From a virus (lineage: Duplodnaviria > Caudoviricetes), in the IMG/VR virus record IMGVR_UViG_3300024186_000006, positions 1-41,725 of that record: a DNA stretch of 41,725 nucleotides; one strand, given 5' to 3'. Each line of letters begins with the position of its first letter. The first letter of the stretch is position 1. The notes below the pieces were generated by a model. That model did not search any database, had not been told where the DNA came from, and saw only the letters and a program-made list of their open reading frames with translations. Position numbers and translations under genes: made by a program. This document shows positions 35,660-41,725 of this stretch, one piece after another.

Positions 35660-36246
35660 TCCAGTCCCTTGCTGAAGATAAGCTGCTCCCCAATCCCGTG
35701 AAGCTTATGATAAAGCTGATTAAGGTCCCGGGCTCGAACAATGTAATCCCATCCAAGGTAATCATCTAGCTCTATCTCCGAGGGGTGTTTCGGGTCACGG
35801 CTTGGGTCAATGAACTGAGAGCCATCTTCATTAACTCGAATGACTTGAATGAGGATTCCATCCCGGTCTCGAACCGCTTGAGCTTCGTTCTTATAGCGAA
35901 CGTCAGGAATGATGGCAATGTCCGGTTGCAGGCCATCGATGTGCTCGAAGCACTTATCAATCCAATAGTTCTGGGAGTAATGGGTGCGGACGAACTGACC
36001 AGTGTCTTGAAGAATCTCGGTGTACCCGTAGATACCATCTTGTTTCTCAGACGGAAATCCCTTGGGGTCGTTGTGCTTCAAGCGCCACTGGAGGAGGAGT
36101 TCGTCATGATGGTCACGACAATACTTCTTGAGGGCGTTCGCCAGAGGGGAGACAAGGACCTTCCAGTCAATGAAGAACTCACTGAAGTAATTGGCGGCGG
36201 TGTCTTTACCGTTGCGAGCTTTATTGCCGATTCCTATCAACAGCAT
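35656..36246 (-). CDS. Deoxynucleoside monophosphate kinase
   Basis: IGIGNKARNGKDT P-loop, 'LQ..G...R', 'DVRY.NE', 'HPSE'; AGGAGG RBS. Confidence 0.85.
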   Translation of the reverse strand: MLLIGIGNKARNGKDTAANYFSEFFIDWKVLVSPLANALKKYCRDHHDELLLQWRLKHNDPKGFPSEKQDGIYGYTEILQDTGQFVRTHYSQNYWIDKCFEHIDGLQPDIAIIPDVRYKNEAQAVRDRDGILIQVIRVNEDGSQFIDPSRDPKHPSEIELDDYLGWDYIVRARDLNQLYHKLHGIGEQLIFSKGLD

Positions 36247-36805
36247 AAACACCTCCTGTGAGAGCGCGGTATCTTTGAAGGAACATATCTGCCGCTTGAA
36301 AAGGCATGGCTACTGGAATGATGTGGTCTTCTAGGGGCTGGATGTTATCCCCGAGAACGTGCGTGGTGAGATAGGCATCATCCCCACCATTATGGGTCAT
36401 TAAGTCCCGCTTTTCCGTAGCGAGCATAATATTATCTGCTCGGTGGATATCGAGAGACAGCTCTACCGGGAGAGCAAACTTCTCCGCGATAGCCAACCAA
36501 ATGCGGTGTTCCATACTCCGAAAGACAGGCCCAATCGGAGTGTGATGCTTCACTGGCCTAGCAAGGTCAACGAGATAGGCTTCAGTGGAATCGTGTAGGA
36601 GAGCGGAGAGGGCCTCATAGGCTGGAACCAGCTTAGAAGCCCGAACTGAATGCTCTGCTACAGAGTAGAAAACACGAGTGTGCCCAGTGAACCGACATTG
36701 GTTTGCGAGTGCGTGGGCAATATCCTCGATACAAATGTCCTCGGCTTTGGGGTTTAGAACATCAAAATACCGACCCGTAAATGTCCGAATGCAGGACTGA
36801 TTCAT
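36221..36805 (-). CDS. HD-domain phosphohydrolase (YfbR/YfdR-like 5'-deoxynucleotidase)
   Basis: IEDIAHALA..CRF.GH...FYSVAEHS, LLHD..EAY..D...PVK, AD...LATE.RDL. Confidence 0.88.
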   Translation of the reverse strand: MNQSCIRTFTGRYFDVLNPKAEDICIEDIAHALANQCRFTGHTRVFYSVAEHSVRASKLVPAYEALSALLHDSTEAYLVDLARPVKHHTPIGPVFRSMEHRIWLAIAEKFALPVELSLDIHRADNIMLATEKRDLMTHNGGDDAYLTTHVLGDNIQPLEDHIIPVAMPFQAADMFLQRYRALTGGVYAVDRNRQ

Positions 36806-37166
36806 TTATCCTCCGTATGAGGGCATACACCGCCGTTCAAACGTTTTCCACAATTACAATTCCAACACAAGATTTGAAACGCATCTGGAAAGTTGTGTTT
36901 GATTAACCAACGATATAGTGATTGTGAACCCGCTCCACGTAAACTATTTTGTTTCCCAATGGAACGTCGGTGCTCTGCGCCATCATTGTTCATGTGGTCT
37001 ATTGTTAGAAACCATTTTTCAGTCTCTCCACAACAAGCACATTTATTCCATACGCATCTAAAACGATTGCTTTAGTTTTTCTTGCGTAGTCTTTAGCCGC
37101 TTTGCGATATAGTTCTTTGTGTTTAGCTCTATACCGTTTATCCGCTTCGGACTGACTACGCCCCAT
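36802..37166 (-). pseudogene. Frameshifted HNH endonuclease
   Basis: MGRSQ...LDAYG (from ATG 37166) continues as NKCACCGETEKWFLTIDHMNNDG...QILCWNCN only after a one-base frame change near 37047. The span is 365 nt, one base short of a whole number of codons. Confidence 0.75.
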
Positions 37167-37929
37167 AACACTTTCCGCCTAATGCGAATCTACCCTTCAT
37201 AACAATAACAGGGTAGAGATTGAATTGTCCGTCTGGAAAGACATCAATGACAACGAAGCCGTTAAGCCAACTCGTCGGGCGATTTCGTAGATACGTTGGG
37301 TTAGTACGGCCCGCAATTGGGGCGATATGGGCTTGCCACTTATTTGAATGTTCAACTGGGCTAACCTTTGTAAAGGTTTGTGGGGCATGAGTATGTCCCG
37401 CAAGGACATTTCCTGCGTAGAGTTCCAAGGCTTTCTTTGCAGGAAAGGCACCAGCTTGGTTTCCAATTCCCGTGAGAGTCTCTCCGTGGATGACGTTGAG
37501 CTTACCAAGTTTAAATCGATGACCAAGTGGGATGACATTCCATCCTTTTTGGTCGAGCCCAAGTAACCTAACGTGCCCGATTGCACCTTCCAATTCAGGT
37601 TGTTCGTTGACAAGGTCTTGTTCCCAATCCTCATGGTTCCCAATAATCCACACTTTCTCACAGGCATCAGGAAGGACCCTTTCGAGTGGGCCCAAGATGT
37701 CCCGCTTGAATCCCTCAATCACGTTCATGTAAGAACGTCGGGTGCGGAAAATCGGAGTATTCTTCGTGTGATGTGAAATCATCTCGAAGTCAAACTGGTC
37801 TCCACCAAACACAAACACGTCTGGCGGATTGTCTTTCAAGTACGCAAGGATAGCCCCCCAAGTAGGCTTGTCGTACTTGTCATAATGCAAGTCATAGACT
37901 GCAACGGCTTGACGCGCTTTCTTCTTCAT
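37156..37929 (-). CDS. Calcineurin-like metallophosphoesterase
   Basis: DLH, GDQFD, GNHE, HG, GHTH motifs. Confidence 0.88.
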   Translation of the reverse strand: MKKKARQAVAVYDLHYDKYDKPTWGAILAYLKDNPPDVFVFGGDQFDFEMISHHTKNTPIFRTRRSYMNVIEGFKRDILGPLERVLPDACEKVWIIGNHEDWEQDLVNEQPELEGAIGHVRLLGLDQKGWNVIPLGHRFKLGKLNVIHGETLTGIGNQAGAFPAKKALELYAGNVLAGHTHAPQTFTKVSPVEHSNKWQAHIAPIAGRTNPTYLRNRPTSWLNGFVVIDVFPDGQFNLYPVIVMKGRFALGGKCYGA

Positions 37930-37932
37930 TCC

Positions 37933-38811
37933 TTAGAGTTCCTCATACTTGGATTTGGTTTCTACTGCTTCACTTAGAGCTTTGCGAGGTCTCCGGTACA
38001 CGGTATCAACTGCCCCGGCTGACATACCGCCTGTCCACTTATCTCCAATGTAAGTGATACGTCCGGTTTCCTCCCGTCGTACGTAAATCGGTAGGATGGG
38101 TTTTCCTCTCCGTATGTCGAAAGCGATTTCAAGGATTGGGCTAGGGCTCGATGGTTCTGACTTTCTAGTAACTTCAATAGAGGTGTCAACGGCCCCGAAC
38201 AACGCAGACGAACCTCGTATACGGGCTCCGCCTTTTCTTGGGTTATCAAAGTCAACCTTTCCCGCGTGATGTATGACTAAAATCGCGCACTTAAAACGTT
38301 CAATCCAACGCTTGAGTACCCGGACAGAAGCGCCCATTTCTTGAGCGCTGTTCTCGTTAATGAGTTGGAACTCAGCGAGAGGGTCAAGGATTACTAGGTC
38401 AGGTTTAACCGCATCTATCTCTTGAGCGATAGCTAACTTACCCTCGTCTGTATCCAGACGCATTTGCATATCACGAGACTTAATGTAGAGGTCGATTCCG
38501 ACTGGTATCTCGCCCCCTGTCATTCCGAGGAGACGTTCCCTTAGACCGTCGTCACCAATTTCTTGTTCAATGTAGAGAATCTTATAAGGCTTCGACACAG
38601 GTAAAACGGGCGAACCATCTTGATACTCTGCGTTAAAGATGTTCCGCCCTGCTGCTAAGTCCATCATCATGTTGAGAACAACGTAGGACTTATTGTGTTT
38701 CGGCTCTCCGTACAGGACGCCCAAGCTAGCGACTGGTAGAATTCCTCGGCCAATAATATGTGGTACTTTAGGTATTGGCTTTGTGAGGAAGTCAGTTATT
38801 AGCTCTGGCAA
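37933..38811 (-). CDS. RepA/AAA_25-type SF4 replicative helicase
   Basis: Variant Walker A GEPKHNKS, 'LYIEQE', Walker B VILDP, 'IHH..K', 'RGSSAL.GAVD'. Confidence 0.82.
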   Translation of the reverse strand: MPELITDFLTKPIPKVPHIIGRGILPVASLGVLYGEPKHNKSYVVLNMMMDLAAGRNIFNAEYQDGSPVLPVSKPYKILYIEQEIGDDGLRERLLGMTGGEIPVGIDLYIKSRDMQMRLDTDEGKLAIAQEIDAVKPDLVILDPLAEFQLINENSAQEMGASVRVLKRWIERFKCAILVIHHAGKVDFDNPRKGGARIRGSSALFGAVDTSIEVTRKSEPSSPSPILEIAFDIRRGKPILPIYVRREETGRITYIGDKWTGGMSAGAVDTVYRRPRKALSEAVETKSKYEEL

Positions 38812-38820
38812 CTGGCTCTC

Positions 38821-39129
38821 CTAGTTGATGGACTTGTCTCTCCCACCAAATGGTACGACCTTCTCGTTCTCTTCTGCTAATTGCCTAACGCGGTCAAGTT
38901 TTCCTTTAACAATAAGTTGTGAGTCAATTTTCAAACAGTCGTATTCTGCGTTGCGATTCTCATGGGCTTGAACGGTTTCCAATTCAAAGTCTTTCACAGT
39001 TTCAATGTAATACTCAATACCATCTCGGGTCAACTTAGGGCGTCGAATCTCAATGTCATTTCCGATTTTCGACAGGACAGCCACCTGTTCTCCCGTAGAC
39101 TTAATGCAGTAGATATCTCCCGGCTCCAT
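38821..39129 (-). CDS. Hypothetical protein
   Basis: ATG 39129 with GGAGG RBS; SH3/KOW-like start 'GDIY..KSTGE.V.VL'. Confidence 0.6.
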   Translation of the reverse strand: MEPGDIYCIKSTGEQVAVLSKIGNDIEIRRPKLTRDGIEYYIETVKDFELETVQAHENRNAEYDCLKIDSQLIVKGKLDRVRQLAEENEKVVPFGGRDKSIN

Positions 39130-39493
39130 CAATCCTCCACTTTCTTGCTCGTTCTTTATTACAAGCGGGACAGTATCGTCTTCCAGTAGAACCAATTATA
39201 TACTCTGTTCCACATTTGCAGGAAGGCTTTCGTGCTCTCCGCATGTTTTCTTTATGTGTTACAAGCTCCAAATGGAAAGGATTCACACAAGACCGATTTC
39301 TACAAAGATGGTCTATTTCTAAAGATGAGTCCTTTATTTGGTAATAAGATTCAAATGAAAACCGATGTGCCGGATGATATTTATCTTTAATAAAATATCT
39401 TCCATACCCGGTTTCTTTCTTTTCACCCAACCAAATCCAGCATCCATTTTCGTTAAATTGGATTTGAGAATGGAATGGTAGGACTTTAGACAT
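39101..39493 (-). CDS. HNH homing endonuclease (HNH_3-like)
   Basis: GCW.W.G.....GYG, AHR.S.E, IDHLCRNR.CVNP.HLE.VT..EN; AT-rich. Confidence 0.88.
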   Translation of the reverse strand: MSKVLPFHSQIQFNENGCWIWLGEKKETGYGRYFIKDKYHPAHRFSFESYYQIKDSSLEIDHLCRNRSCVNPFHLELVTHKENMRRARKPSCKCGTEYIIGSTGRRYCPACNKERARKWRIDGAGRYLLH

Positions 39494-41723
39494 TGTACGG
39501 TTGTAACTCGCCCCACGAAGAATTCGGGGCACCTACTTTGAACGCCGCTGGAATTGCGAATCCACCAAGTTCACCCCACGGTTGGGCCATAGCGCGATTC
39601 ATGGTTGCTACAACTTCAGGAACAAGAGCGCTTGGGCATTGCACCAACAAGCTATCGTGAACCTGTAGAACAAGTTGAGCGGGATGCGGCAATGGGGCTA
39701 GTACCCCAGAGACCTTTAGTGCGAACTCTTCTGGCCACTGTATTTGTTTATAGCAGAGAGCAATCATGGCACGGAAGCAAATGTCTGCTCCGGTTGATTG
39801 AGGGAGGAAACGAATCCCTTCTGTATACGCAGATTGCGACCAGAACCAACGCATTCTTCCAAATGCGTTTCTTAAAAAGCCTTCCTTTACAGACTTATTG
39901 CCAGTGACTTCCTGCCACTCAGCGCTCTTGGCGTTGATACGTCGCCACTGTAATAGCAACTCCCGCGCTTCCTTTTCAGGGATATCGTAGGTCTGAGAGA
40001 GCTTGCGAGGACCCATCGCGCCATCAGCACCATGGTTCGTGTTCTTCCCACGCTTGTACTGCCACGAGTCCTTATCCACTTCATCTTCAGGTATGCCATA
40101 GATTTGCGAGGTTAACCATTTGTGTTCGTTGAAACCCGGAACTGAAAGTCTTTTGAGTCGGTCAGTATCTCCAGCGTACCAAGCTGCAAGGCGGTTTTCA
40201 AGAGACGAGAAATCAGCTTCGATAAAACACCAATCAGCATGTGCCGGAACGTAGATGTACCTTGACTTAGGAGGTATATTTTGCATGTTCGGGTGAGAGG
40301 ATGAGAGCCTGCCCGTCTTAGTTCCATGAACCAAGAATGACGCATTGACGTGCCCGCTTGCAACGGGTGAATCTTGCTTGAGAAATGTGCTGACGAGTTC
40401 ATCGAGTGCTCTGACTTTCTTGATGGCCGCTAGCTGCGGCATGTCTGGATACTTGCGCGTTAAGCGGTCAAGCGCCGTCTTGTCCGACGAGACCTTTTTA
40501 GTTTTCGCGTGAAGTTGTTTGGGTAGCCCGAGGGTCGTGTATAAGTACTCTTCAACGAACTTGGGGGATTGCCACGGTACAACGTGTTCAAGGGCTGGCA
40601 CGGAAATAAACTTAACGGGCTTTCCCGACTTACCAAGAGTCCCCGGAGGCGCTGGAGCACGCTTCTTAACTTCTTTATCATATGGTTGCAGTTCTTTCGG
40701 AAGGCTATTCTGGAGTTCCTCGAACTCTTTCATCACCGACTCACGGATGTTCAGGAGGCGCTTTCCGTCTGTCTTGATTCCAGTGTCAGAGAGTTGGCGA
40801 CAAATCTTCGCGAGTGGGACTTGTGTATAGTTATAAACGTCGAGGAGGTTTAAAGAGGCAAGGGTTGGACGAAGCTGAGAGAACGCCTGCTGTGTAACGT
40901 CAACGTCTCGGGCGCAATAGAGCGCCATGTTCTCTTCAGAGAGATGCTTCCACGCGGGTTTCTGAGTGAAGATGCTAGAGATGAACTCTAGGTCATGGGG
41001 CATATCAGGCTGGCAGAGATGCTGCATCAACATGATATCCCAAATCTGAGTGGTGGGTCGAATCTCTATCCCGTGTTTCTTAAGGACAGGGAGGTCGAAC
41101 CCAATAATGTTCTGACCTACGACTGCGTCAGCAGTAGCGAACACACGTTTAAGAGCAGCAATATAAGGCCCGTTATAAGGAACCACTGTAACGGTGTAAG
41201 GCTTAATCTGGATACCAACCATAGTGCAAGTTCCACTAAAGCGGTTCGTTTCGATATCGAAGGTGAGGAGCTTCGCGTTTTGGAAGGCATCGACTTCTTC
41301 TACAGAAGGGTTCAGGTTATAATACTCAGGAGGAACCTGCAAACCTTTCTTGAGGTCGCTAATGGTTGCGGGAATCATCTGCTGGTCCCTCATTAGATAG
41401 GAGGGATGCAAGATAGGCATTACTCGCGGAGTCTCTTCACCCTTGAGAGGAAGAGGAGAACCGCGCCACTTCATAATTCCATCAGTTTTTCCTGTAAGTG
41501 TGCGTAGCGCTTTTTCTCCCACGGCGTCAATCCGCGTCCACTGTTTAGACCGAAGTAGTGGTTCAACGTGAGCTTTATAGCAGTGTCCAACGACACTCTT
41601 CCCATCGCCATCAGAGATATAGCTTCGTGCCGCAGCGTCGGTAGGATAGAGATTGCTTGGCGGTCGGCAGTTGATTGTGTTGATGATGTTAAGGCCATCA
41701 CGCTTAATCCCGGCTTTCTGCAA
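39486..41723 (-). CDS. polA: Family A DNA polymerase with N-terminal uracil-DNA-glycosylase-like domain and 3'-5' exonuclease (5' end truncated by the window)
   Basis: UDG family 4-like motifs 'N...CRPP.N', 'G..A', 'HPSY..R'; Exo I DIET, Exo II N..GFD, Exo III YCARD; TGRLSS..PNMQN; motif A ADFS.LE.R; motif C VHDS. Confidence 0.92.
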   Translation of the reverse strand: MQKAGIKRDGLNIINTINCRPPSNLYPTDAAARSYISDGDGKSVVGHCYKAHVEPLLRSKQWTRIDAVGEKALRTLTGKTDGIMKWRGSPLPLKGEETPRVMPILHPSYLMRDQQMIPATISDLKKGLQVPPEYYNLNPSVEEVDAFQNAKLLTFDIETNRFSGTCTMVGIQIKPYTVTVVPYNGPYIAALKRVFATADAVVGQNIIGFDLPVLKKHGIEIRPTTQIWDIMLMQHLCQPDMPHDLEFISSIFTQKPAWKHLSEENMALYCARDVDVTQQAFSQLRPTLASLNLLDVYNYTQVPLAKICRQLSDTGIKTDGKRLLNIRESVMKEFEELQNSLPKELQPYDKEVKKRAPAPPGTLGKSGKPVKFISVPALEHVVPWQSPKFVEEYLYTTLGLPKQLHAKTKKVSSDKTALDRLTRKYPDMPQLAAIKKVRALDELVSTFLKQDSPVASGHVNASFLVHGTKTGRLSSSHPNMQNIPPKSRYIYVPAHADWCFIEADFSSLENRLAAWYAGDTDRLKRLSVPGFNEHKWLTSQIYGIPEDEVDKDSWQYKRGKNTNHGADGAMGPRKLSQTYDIPEKEARELLLQWRRINAKSAEWQEVTGNKSVKEGFLRNAFGRMRWFWSQSAYTEGIRFLPQSTGADICFRAMIALCYKQIQWPEEFALKVSGVLAPLPHPAQLVLQVHDSLLVQCPSALVPEVVATMNRAMAQPWGELGGFAIPAAFKVGAPNSSWGELQPYNV

Positions 41724-41725
41724 GA

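Noticed and set aside
1-41725. Circular closure of the window, with the polymerase continuing into positions 1-72
   Set aside because: Positions 1-72 encode the start of a different (SLOG-like) protein and no terminal repeat is visible, so some sequence is missing.

Overview
A near-complete genome of a tailed dsDNA phage with podovirus-like architecture; both ends of the window cut through genes. The left arm (1-4.4 kb, minus strand) holds small early/host-interaction genes (SLOG fragment, Macro domain, FN3-like and lipoproteins) interleaved with structured RNA, including two canonical type II hammerhead ribozymes that bracket one 100-aa ORF. An AT-rich divergent control region (4.45-4.92 kb) carries a ~25-bp motif array and a sigma70-like promoter. 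The plus-strand module (4.9-35.4 kb) encodes the terminases, accessory/structural genes, portal, scaffold, major capsid protein, a GH108 lysis cassette, adaptor/nozzle/tail proteins, ejection proteins, a 2066-aa polyvalent protein and an integrase-like protein lacking a recognisable catalytic domain. The minus-strand replication module (35.2-41.7 kb) encodes RlpA, a dNMP kinase, an HD hydrolase, a metallophosphoesterase, a RepA-like helicase, HNH endonucleases and a UDG-fused family A DNA polymerase with an unusual motif B. All product calls come from motifs and gene order read by eye; no database search was run. I saw no tRNA, rRNA or CRISPR array.
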